Assembly (NCBI RefSeq): GCF_006345805.1
Contig: NC_043019.1
Coordinates: forward strand, 31,557,360 to 31,621,359
Direction: 5' to 3'
Length of the DNA: 64,000 nucleotides
From: Octopus sinensis
Lineage: Eukaryota
Numbering within the stretch: position 1 is the stretch's first letter; the number at the start of each line of letters is the position of its first letter. This document shows positions 52,535 to 64,000 of the stretch, one piece after another. Position numbers and translations under genes: made by a program. The notes under the pieces were generated by a model that saw only the letters and a program-made list of their open reading frames with translations, was not told the DNA's origin and ran no database searches.

Positions 52535-53452
52535 GATTTCACATGACTCAATGTGCATACCTTCCTTCCTTCCTGTGACACTTGTGAAGACCTGTGAAGA
52601 CCTGTTGAGGCAAGTGAAAATCAAATCAAATCAAATCAAAATGGATGAACATCAATGGAATTTGTATCTTTGTGGTACCAGTGCCGGTGGCACACAAGAA
52701 AACCATCCGAACGTGGCCGTCCCATACCGCATCGACTGGCCTCCGTGCTGTGGGCACTTACAAACACCATCCGATCGTGGCCGTTCGCCAGCCTCATCTG
52801 GCACCTGTGTCGGTGGCACATAAAAACACCATCCGAAGACCCGGCAAGACTAGTCAGGCCATAACCGTGGCCCCTACCTGGGACGTAGTCAGTCCACCTG
52901 TGCATACCTTCCTTCTTGTGACACTTGTGAAGACCTGTTGAGGCAAGTGAAAATCAAATCAAAACAAATCAAAATAGATGAACATCAAGGAATTTGTATC
53001 TTTGGGTACCAGTCCGGTGGCACACAAGAAAATCATCCGAACGTGGCCGTAGCCAGTACCGCATAGACTGGCCTCCGTGCTTTGGGGACGTAACAAACAC
53101 CATCCGATCGTGGCCGTCCGCCAGCCTCATCTGGCACCTGTGTCGGTGGCACATAAAAACAACCATCCGAGCGTGGCCGTCTGCCAGCCTCGTCTGGCAC
53201 CTGTGTCGGTGGCACATAAAAACACCATCCGAGCGTGGCCGTTCGCCAGCCTCGTCTGGCACCTGTGTCGGTGGCACATAAAATCACCCACTACACTCTC
53301 GGAGTGGTTGGCGTTAGGAAGGGCATCCAGCTGTAGAAACACTGCCAGATCTGACTGGCCTGGTGCAGCCTTCGGGCTCCCCAGACCCCAGTTGAACCGT
53401 CCAACCCATGCTAGCATGGAAAACGGACGCTAAATGATGATGATGATGATGA
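52535..53452 (+). mobile_element. RTE-like retroposon 3' region with ~60-bp internal tandem units and (GAT)n tail
   Basis: Repeated ...tcggtggcacataaaaacaccatccga.cgtggccg... units, a ~350-bp duplication, ending ttaggaagggcatccagctgtagaaac...aaatgatgatgat; shorter copies at ~11995-12295, 14785-15130, 19450-19712, 25020-25645, 31780-32100(-), 45300-46030, 49590-50008, 52310-52520(-), 58690-58920, 63000-63170(-). Confidence 0.75.
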
Positions 53453-53476
53453 TATATATATATATATATATATATA

Positions 53477-55051
53477 CAGTTGCGGCCAAAATGTAGAGAA
53501 CGGCATTGTTTTCGCCAGAAAAGTAGGTATAAGTTTTTATCAAAGTTGTTTTATATTCTATAATTTTCACAAACAATAAATACAATATTAATTGTTATTG
53601 TCTGAGATTTTGGTGTAATTTGAGAGGATAATACAAAAGTTATGGATGATTTAGTGATTTACTGCAAAACCCATGGCGGCCAAAATGATCAGAGCGGTTG
53701 AAAAAATAACAAAATAATCAAAAATGACAGAGAATACTGGAATTATTTAATATTTAGTGTGAAGCCCTTTAGCTTCAATCACACTTTGACATCTTTGACT
53801 GCATGAGGAAATTAAATTTTCAATTTCTTGCTAGGTGATCTTATTCCATTCTTCCTGAAGGGCATTCCATAATTGCTCGGTTGTTTTAGGATTTCTGGCT
53901 TTCGAACATTCTCCTAGAATATTCCACACATTTTCAATAGGATTGAGATCTGGGCTTTGAGCAGGCCAATCCATAATAATAACCTTTTCAGCCTTGAGGA
54001 AGTTCATGACCACCTTTGCCTTGTGACATGGGGCATTGTCCTGCATGAATATGGGTGGTCGCTTAGTTGAATTTCTCAGCACAGGCAAGACATGATCTTT
54101 TACAAGGTGTTTATAAACTCCTGCATTTACCTTTCTGTGTAATCACACCAAAGAGCCCACACCATCTCCATGACACTTCTTCCACCGAATTTAACACTAG
54201 TCTTAAGGCATTTAGGCGACAATTTTTCACCTACTTTTCAACAAACGTACCTTTTCCCATCTGAGCCAAATAACATAATCTTAGATTCATCACTGAAATG
54301 CACATTTGCCATTTTTCTTGAGACCACAACACATGTTCGGTTGCAAAGGTAAGATGACAGTTTTTATTTTTGGAGCTGATCAGTGGCTTCACTGCAGGTG
54401 ATCTTGCTTGTCGGTTATATTCAACTAAATGATGAGACACAGTTTTTCGAGATAACATTTTCTTCAGTACAATGCTCATTTCCCAAGAAACAGCAGCAGC
54501 AGTTTTAAATCTGTCCTTTTTAACCAACTTTTTCATAGCGCGATCTTCTCTCTTGGTCATTTTTCTTGGCCTACCTGTAGACTTTCTTGCTTCACACGAA
54601 CCACAATCATCGAAGACCTTAAGAATACCGTGAACAACACTTTTTGACTTGTAACATCTTTGCAATAGACCCAATACTAAATTATCCTTCTTTCGAAGCT
54701 TAATAATCTGCGACGAATTGGTAACGGAGTAAGTGGCATTATATTAACAAAGTACACTGCAGATATTCTTACTAATGTTTAGTAACGAACCATCACGTAA
54801 ACAAATTCAAACATTAGAGTTCGCCGCTTAAATATACTAAAACACAGAGTAAAAGCAATTGTTCTGATCATTTTGGCCGCCATGGGTTTTGCAGTAAATC
54901 ACTAAATCATCCATAACTTTTGTATTATCGTTTCAAATTACACCAAAATCTCAGACAATGAAAATTAATATCGTATTTATTGTCTGTGAAAAAACTTATA
55001 CCTACTTTTCTAGCGAAAACAATGCCATTCTGAACATTTTGGCCGTATCTG
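53477..55051 (-). mobile_element. Tc1-family DNA transposon (DD34E), near full length, ~200-bp TIRs
   Basis: TA|CAGTTGCGGCCAAAATG...CATTTTGGCCGTATCTG; GGCCAAAATG repeated at both ends of each TIR; minus-strand transposase ~54739-53747 with GRPRK, SDESK, FMQDNAPCH-34aa-SPDLNPIENVW; frameshifts and stops. Confidence 0.93.
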
Positions 55052-55743
55052 TGTATATAAATATATATATATATATATAATATATATAGGTATAGGTATG
55101 GCTGTGTAGTTAAGAAGCTAGCTTTGTAGTTTCAGGATCAGTCTCATTGTGTGGCATCTTGGGTAAGCCTCTTCTACTATAGCACTTGGCTGATCAATCA
55201 ATACCTTATGAGTGAATTTGGTAGATGGAAACTGTGTGGAAGCCCATCTTATATATAGGTATATATGTGTGTGTCTCCCCACCACCACTTGAAAACCAAT
55301 GCGTGTGTGTGTGTGTTTATAGAAAGAAAGTGAAAAAGAGAGAGAGAGAAGAGTAACATGCAGACACACAAACACACATGCATGTACATGTGCACACACA
55401 TGCACATAAGTGCATATGCATTTGTCAGTAAGTAATGTTGTGCAATGATATTTGGGCAGATGCATGCATGTGTAGCTGTAAGATCAGATATAGGCTAATA
55501 CAGTTTATATACTCAATAGTTTCTCAAAACAGTTTATAAAGTATTTGTCAACCTCCAGTAATAGTTGTTTCATGTTAGACAATTGAGTTAATAGAAAACT
55601 ATTACATACATACATACATACATACCTACATATATATATTGATTTATTTATATTTATATAATCATATAATGTTATATATATATAATGTTTCTTATTGCAC
55701 AGTCTCACGGAAGATAGTCTATATATGTACATACGGGTGTATG

Positions 55744-55777
<34 letters not shown>

Positions 55778-56074
55778 CATATGTGTGTGTGTGTTTATGT
55801 AAATATGTATCTATGTATATATATGTATGTATTTATATATGTGTGTATGAGTGTGTGTGTGTGTATATATATATGTGTGTGTGTGTGTGCATGTATGCAT
55901 GTATGTATCTACCTATCTATATATATATAGACACACATACACATATATGTATATCTGTGAATATATATATAAATATATATATATATATATTTGTGTGTCT
56001 GTGTGTATATGTGTATGTATACATACATATATATATATACACCTATATATATACACACATATATACATACACAC

Positions 56075-56112
<38 letters not shown>

Positions 56113-56120
56113 GTATGTAT

Positions 56121-56163
<43 letters not shown>

Positions 56164-58130
56164 CATACATATATACACATACATATATATATATGTATGT
56201 ATGTGTATATAAACATATATATAACTTCAAAATCATTTAGTCTAAGCAGTGCATTCAAGCTGTAACATATAGCTTGTTTATACACCGATGTAAAGTTTAG
56301 GCAAAGTGTTTAGTGATTAATGGAAGTTCACATGCGATGCAAACCTGTTTGTCTCTGAAGCTGTGTCGCCCAGTATTTGTATGTCTATTGATGAAACATA
56401 CATCAGAGAGAGGCATCTCTGTGTAGCTGGTGTAAAATGTCATATAATAAGACTATAATATTATGGAAGTGGTAGCTTGGTCGGAACAAAAACATCTGAC
56501 AGTATTAAATAAACGAATCAACTAACTAACATAGAGATACACACACCTATATGTGTATGTGTCTGTGCGTATTACATATATATGTATATTATATATGTGT
56601 GTATATATATGTGTGTGTGTGTGTATAAATATATATATATTCTCTTTTATTCTTTTACTTGTTTCAGTCATTTGACTGTGGCCATGCTGCGGCACCACAC
56701 TTAGTTGAACAAATCAACTCACCGTACTTATTCTTTGCAAGCCTAGTACTTATTCTATTGATCTCTTTTGCCGACATTCTTAGATTATTAAAAATCGATA
56801 ATAGGACCTTTCCAATGGATCCTTCTATCTACTACATATTACTAATATTTTATTTTAGCAACCCAAGGGAAATAACCCATACCACCTGCAGATTTAGCGA
56901 AGTGATCAATATTTGATTCTCATCATCAACCGACGTAATTCTGCATTTCACTACTCACAGTTTTGAACTGCTAAACATTATTATTGCACTTCCTTAATTT
57001 GAATCTTAAACATTAAAGACTTCATTCATCCATTTCTATACATACATACTTTTCTGAATGCCCATTACTCCGATAATTCTGCATTTTTACAGTTACACTT
57101 TTTCCATGACAATAGAGAAATTTTTATTCCACAACGTATTTGAAGTAGCTTCATGCAGGTATAGTGTGGATTCAATCCTCAATTGCCAAATTTCACTTAA
57201 CACTTCAACAGCTCTTTTCTGATGGAAAAAGAATAATTTTTCTGTGAAGGACAGCAGTTATACATTTCCCAAATGCTTTTGCTAAACAGAATAATGTCTT
57301 TGCCTCTCACCGACCTCCGACAATCTTTCTCTCTAACCTCCGGAAACCTCTCTCACCAACCTCTAACAATCTCTCCCACCTCCAGCTGACAGTTTTTTGT
57401 ACTTTTTTGTGATGGAAAATACACCTTTTGTGGCAGTTATAACAAAATTGCTTTCTTATATCAGAGTAATAAGGCATTTCAATAGAACATCTTTACCCCC
57501 AGGAATTACCGGGTACACCAGTTAGTGTATACGTATGTATACATTTATATGTATGAGTAACACGGTCTGTAGTAAACACAGTTTTCTATATTTTGTCACA
57601 GCCTGCTTCCTTCCTTTATAAGTGTGTCTGTTTATATATCTATATATATGTATGTGTAAACACATGTGTGTCTGTAATTCTATTTTCTATGTATCTTTCT
57701 GAATAAACATACACAAACACATATACACTCACTCAAATATATAGATATATTTTGCACACACACAGACACACACACACAAACATTCACATTCCTCCTTTTT
57801 ACATGAACATGCATATTCTCACACAGAGTTGAAGCACTGTTTGATTTTTGTTTCACCGTTGACTTTTCACCATCCCACTTCCATCAGTGGATCACCCCTT
57901 CCTTTCTCATTCATATGTTGTGATGGAGAAACACACAAGAGTATTATTATAGTAGATTATCGTAGTAGAAGATACACGACACTCTCTTTGCCACTTCCTC
58001 TCTCTCATTGCTATTACTTTCTCTCACTCCCTCTCAATCATGGCCATTATTCTCATTACTTCTCCTTCGTTGAATTTCTATTTTCTCTCCTCTCACTTCA
58101 CTCCTACTGTGTGATTTTGGACAAATATAT

Positions 58131-58535
58131 AGGAGTGGCTGTGTGGTAAGTAGCTTGCTAACCAATCACATGGTTGCAGGTTCAGTCCCACTGCGTGGCA
58201 TCTTGGGCAAGTGTCTTCTGCTATAGCCCCGGGCCAACCAATGCCTTGTGAGTGGATTTGGTAGACGGAAACTGAAAGAAGCCCGTCGTATATACGTATA
58301 TATATATGTGTGTGTGTTTGTGTGTCTGTGTTTGTCTCCCTAGCATTGCTTGACAACCGATGCTGGTGTGTTTACGTCCCCGTCACTTAGTGGTTCGGCA
58401 AAAGAGACCGATAGAATAAGTACTGGGCTTACAAAGAATAAGTCCCGGGGTCGATTTGATCGACTAAAGGCGGTGCTCCAGTATGGCCGCAGTCAAATGA
58501 CTGAAACAAGTAAAAGAGTAAAAGAGTAAAAGAGA
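58131..58535 (+). mobile_element. SINE family A, full length, low divergence
   Basis: Consensus-like copy with (gtaaaaga)3 tail. Confidence 0.92.
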
Positions 58536-60922
58536 ATGTACAAATATATAAAAATACTATGCTCATTATATTAGGAGATTGTATCTCCTCTACTGCAAGT
58601 GTCCTGGTCCTGTCCCTTTAGCATACTTTAACCTCTCTAAGAACTACTGAGGGAGGTGGCACAAAGCAACCCCTCTCATTCGATTCCTCTCACTCAGTGG
58701 TTTTTGTCTCATAAGTTACTTGGTGACCTCTCTGGTGCTGGTGCCATGTAAAAAAAGGATCCAGTACACTCTGTAAAATGGTTGGCATTAGGAAGGATGT
58801 CCAACAGTAGAAACCATGTTTAAGCAGAAAGTAGAACTTGGTGCAATCCTCTGGTTTGCCAGCTCCTGTTCAATGTTGCCAACCCTTACCAGTTTGGAAA
58901 GCAGATATTAAATGATGATGGTGGTGGTGTTGGTGGAGAGTGGTGTTGGTGGTGGTGGTGGTGGTCGTGGTCGTGCTGCTGCTGCCGCTGCTACTGGTGA
59001 ATGATGATGATGATGATTATGACAATGATGATGATGGGGAATGATGATGATGATGATGATGACAATGAAAATGACGATGATGATGATGATGACGGCTATG
59101 AAAATGATGATATTGATGATGATGATGATATTGATAATTCTACAGTCATTTGAACTTTCTGTATCATTTACTACTTGTAAATATTGATTACTTGAGAATA
59201 TGGTATTCTAATAATTGAGTTTCTGAGATATATTTGTCATAAAGGTCTGGTTTAGCTGTTTACAGTCAATTTATATAAACTATTTCTTATTGATACCACT
59301 CTTATTTGATGCTTTCTCTATACAATCTGCATAACTGTTGAATAATGGACACTTGAGAGATTCTAATAGAGATATTTCTGACTAAGTTACAGATAATAGA
59401 TTTAGGATGGTTAGATTGTTTGTGACAGTAATGCAGGTTTTTGTTAGATTTGTGACATCAATGATGTAAGGCAGTGTTAAGGTCATGAGCTTCATCTTGA
59501 AACCCAAAGTTTTTAGCATTCATTTGAAAGGGAACTGACAGTTTTCCAATAATTTAACCTACTTCTAAAACTTTCAATTAACTACCAAGATAATGTACCG
59601 CATTAAAAGAGAGCAAGGATGTTCATGGGATGTTCATACTTATACACAATTTAACAATAATTTTCTCACACAGTTCTCGCACCTTTAGCCAAAGACACTT
59701 ATCACCCCACTCACACAGAGACAACTAATCAACCATGCATCAACAGCCTAGCTCAGACTGAAACTCAAAGCAGACAATCAACTGTTAATATATGTAAGTT
59801 CAGGAGTGAGTGGGTATGCCCACATTGATGTGTATGTCTATATATATATATATATAAGTGCAGGAGTGGCTGTGTGGTAAGTAGCTTGCTTACCAGCCTC
59901 ATGGTTCCTTCCGGGTTGAGCCCACTGCATGGCACCTTGGGCAAGTGTCTTCTACTATAGATTCAGGTTGAACAAAGCCTTGTGAGTGGATTTGGAAGAC
60001 GGAAACTATATAAATACTGATTAGTGGTACAACAAGGCACCAATATTTACTGGAAATAGCAGTCAATACAAATAGGACACTATTGTAAAGCTTCACTGCA
60101 TATATACTGGCAAAGACATGTGAGTGCAACAAAAAAGGAAAAATTTGTCTTACCTCTAGGAAGAACATTAGATAAATGGACACCCAGAATCGGATTGGAT
60201 TTAAATGAGGCAGCTAGTTAGCAGAGTTTCACCAAAAAGGTAAACAATAAATATCATGAAATATGACTGAGGATGTTACAACACTTCCACAGCTAGAAAT
60301 AAGAGACATATAAGATTTTTGGGAGTCCATGTAACCAAATAGTAAATTGGTGATCTGCAGTAGTATTTTAAGGGTCAATGAAAATATTTTGCCTTCGACA
60401 TGTTTATTGCAAGAAACAACTACGAGATTTCTTTAACATTTTTTATTGTTCAACTTACACAAAAGTGGAAAACAAAATAGAAATTTTGAAAGAATTATTT
60501 ATAAAATTAGTTTTTAAACATCAAATGGCTATGGGGGTCCACCAGAATAATATAATAAACAAAGAGGTCTACAGATAAAAATATGATTGAGAACCCCTGT
60601 TATAAAGCTTTCAAATCTGGCCCTGCCCTGTGTCACACTCCCAAGGAAAACTTTGTTTCACCTACTCCACAATCTGCTGGACTGCTTTCGGTGCCTTCCA
60701 TTTCCTCTCTGTTCTCGTTGCAGTTCCTGCACCACACACTTTAGTGTCCATAAAGCTAATGTTGTGCCAGTGTTTTCTTACCTTTGACATCGTTTATTTC
60801 TTCCTGATGGAACTGAATGTAAACTTGAGGTTTGTTGCTGTCTCTATACTGTGTGGTACATCTCAAACTATAAGACAAACCCAGCTGCATGCAAAGACGG
60901 CTACACACCAGCTTGTTCTACC

Positions 60923-60971
<49 letters not shown>

Positions 60972-60972
60972 G

Positions 60973-61037
<65 letters not shown>

Positions 61038-62802
61038 GTGGCTCTTTGGTGTAGTATTGTGTGACAGTTGTAAACGAATGTCATTGTCAGACAAGCAGTG
61101 TCATTCCTTTGCAATATTCTGCAAGAATATGTCTGGGACATTGGCAAATATAACCTTTATTAGGAAATAGGGGAAGGTTGAGGCTGATGACAGGAAAGAT
61201 AGTTGACCATAGGAAATCTGCCTCAATAAACTCCGCCTAAACCATGCAAGCATAGAAAGTGGACTTTTTGATGATGATGGTGATGATGAAGATGGTGGTA
61301 TTAGTGGTGGTAGTGGTGGTGGTGGTAGTTATGATGATGATGATGATGATGATACACACACACACACACTCACACGCAATGTGTCTCTAATTGTTTGTTA
61401 GTCAGACTAATTTACATTTCCAATTTTAGAGGTGGCACTTGTTATGTCAGCATCTTTACTTTAGTAGTTACAAAATACTCCTCAATCATTCCATTCATGT
61501 CTTCTGGATTGTATTTTCATCTCTCAGGTATTTGTCTCACCGCTATATTGATCTAACTTTCTACATTCTTGTGTAAAAGGTAAAATTCAATTAACTAACT
61601 CTATTTTTAGTGCTACAACCAGCCTAAGAATTTGATTTTTGAATTCCAGTAAGTAGCTTCAGGCTTTCTATATTTTGGCATTATAAACATCATTGTCTGA
61701 TGTTTCTTCGCCATCATCAGCAGCAGCAGTATCAGCAACAGCAACAGCATCATTGTCATAGTTGTTGGCATTCTACCTTTATCATCATCATCATCATCTG
61801 TTGCTTAGAATTTTTGCTTGGATTGGTTTCAACATCGGGCATGTCACATGTTCTGTTCCATCATCTGGGTTTAAAGCTTGTAGTGTAATATATAGATAGT
61901 ACAATGTGTTTGTGGAGGCATATGGCCCAGTGGTTAGAGCAGCGGACTCATGGTCGAGGGATCGTGGGTTCGAAATTCAGACCAGCCAGTGTGTGTGTGT
62001 TTATGAGTGAAACACCTAAGCTCCATGCACCTCCGGCTGAAGGTAATGGCAAACTTCTGCTGACTCTTTTGCCACAACTTTCTCTCACTCTTTCCTCCTG
62101 CATCTAGTAGCTCACCTGTGATGGACTGGCAACCCGTCCGGGCGGGGAACCTATATGCTAATGAAACCAGGAAACCAGCCATTATGAGCCAGGCAAGAAG
62201 GAACAAACAGTAACAAAATCAATGTGTCTGATGTGGCTGTGTGTCATGTTATCACAAGAGTTCATAAAGAGGTGAAAGAATAAATAAGAAATCTATACAT
62301 TTACTATATAAAAATACATTTAATTCTTCTTTCGGTGATAATACATGGAATCAAATTGTAAAAACTAGTTGAACGAAGTAATCTTATGCAAAATAGGAAG
62401 TGTAAATCAACAGCAAAGTGATGGCTCTCAATCATATTGGCTATGAAGCATAGACAAATGGGTGGATATAGCAATGACGTGAATGGCTCTAAGTCGAATC
62501 GACTAAGAAGCGAAAAGCTGGGTTACCAAGCTGCTTTTATTTATGGAATGCTAAACGTTCTAGAAACTTCCAAAAGAAACACCAAGCTTCTTGAATTATT
62601 AAAAATTCAGTTTCGTGATATCAACGTTTTGAGAAACTTAGGAAGGGAGGTTATTCTATGATCTTCCTTGCAAGAAAGATCATTCAACAGAAAAGTGGTA
62701 TATTGTCTACTTCATCTCAATCTTACTCCATCTTCTTCACCCACACATTCTTGGGAGGGTCTTGGAGACAGAGTTATTATATATATTATATATATATATA
62801 TA

Positions 62803-62833
<31 letters not shown>

Positions 62834-63192
62834 TGTATGTATGTATGTATGTATGTATGCATGCATGCATGCATGCATGTATGTGTATATATATATATCT
62901 ATACAGCTACAAGTTATCTACAGTTGTGACATCACTACCATTTTCCATCAGAGCATAATTTTGCAATAATTTTGCAATATTTCCCACATTTTGTTATCCC
63001 ATAGAGGGGCGAACCAGATGGCTGCACCAGGCTCCAATCTTGATCTGGCAGTGTTTCTACAGCTGGATGCTCTTCCTAACACCAACCACTCCGAGAGTGT
63101 AGTGGGTGCTTTTACGTGCCGCCGGCACGGGGTCCAGTCAGGCAGTACTGGCAACGACCTTGCTCGAATGTTTTATATATATATATATATAC

Positions 63193-63225
<33 letters not shown>

Positions 63226-63323
63226 ACGGGAAGCTTTATGAAAATAAACAAAAGACGAAGGCAGGTGGAATACAAACAAACAATTGTATTAGTATGGCGC
63301 TCAGGAATATAAATAAAACAAAT

Positions 63324-63357
<34 letters not shown>

Positions 63358-64000
63358 GTGTGTGTGTGTGTGTGTGTGAACTCCCTCATAAACACACACA
63401 TGTATATACAGTTGCACTCATACACACCATAGTCCATCTTTCAATCTGTGCAAACCTTCCAGATACAGACAAGATTACAATCAGCTGTCGGTCCTTATAT
63501 TTTTTTCCCCTTGTTCGAAAATATAAGAACACAAATCATGTCGTATAGCCAGCTGGAGACAATGTCTCCTGGGGCTAAATTACAGCAACATTAGTCCTAA
63601 ACCAGGACTGCAATGTTATGTTGGCAAACAATCTTTACTACAACATTAAAATGTTGTTCAAGGAAGTCTTCAGGTTTAGATAAAGAGGTTTTGTATAGCA
63701 TAGTTCTATCTCTTCCTAGCTGTAGCATTCTTCGACGCTTTCATTTGTTATATCTGAATGTGTTTCCTTGCTCTGAAGCCATAGTAAGCCTTGAATTGTG
63801 TGGTTAACTTCTTGGTTTTGAATCAAAATGCATTCAGTAGCTGCAGAACAAATGTCTTTTGGTTCTCCTTTCTCTGTAATCCAAATAAAACGATGTAAAA
63901 ATGTGGCAAGTTATAAATTTTAAATCATCAATTGCTGAGAAAATTGTCAAAAATCATATAATAGGCAAAATGTTCTTTTACAATTCACACTAGTTTTTCA

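Noticed and set aside
52680-53290. Regularly spaced repeats resembling a CRISPR array
   Set aside because: The 'spacers' are homologous to each other, there are no cas genes, the context is eukaryotic and the array is part of a dispersed retroposon tail.

Overview
AT-rich, microsatellite- and SINE-dense eukaryotic DNA whose repeat content looks cephalopod (Octopus-like; inferred, not searched). The window lies inside one large + strand gene: five spliced coding exons (16770-34001) encode the C2A-C2B linker and start of C2B of an otoferlin-type ferlin, and the rest is intronic. The introns hold several tRNA-derived SINE families, RTE-like 3' tails, a 5'-truncated R4/Dong-type LINE in (TAA)n, a near full-length Tc1 (DD34E) transposon, mariner remnants, MITEs, a tRNA-Cys pseudogene and a U2 snRNA pseudogene. 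The most notable signal is a set of small non-coding elements, mostly in (TA)n tracts, carrying type I hammerhead ribozyme (HHR) motifs of the Penelope/retrozyme kind. One is complete, in a 456-nt-period partial tandem at 32642-33361. Their stem III loops are self-complementary but differ by family. There is also a 362-bp spacerless palindrome and a duplicated antisense pseudo-exon. Most ORFs in the supplied track are microsatellite artefacts. All reading and pairing was done by eye.
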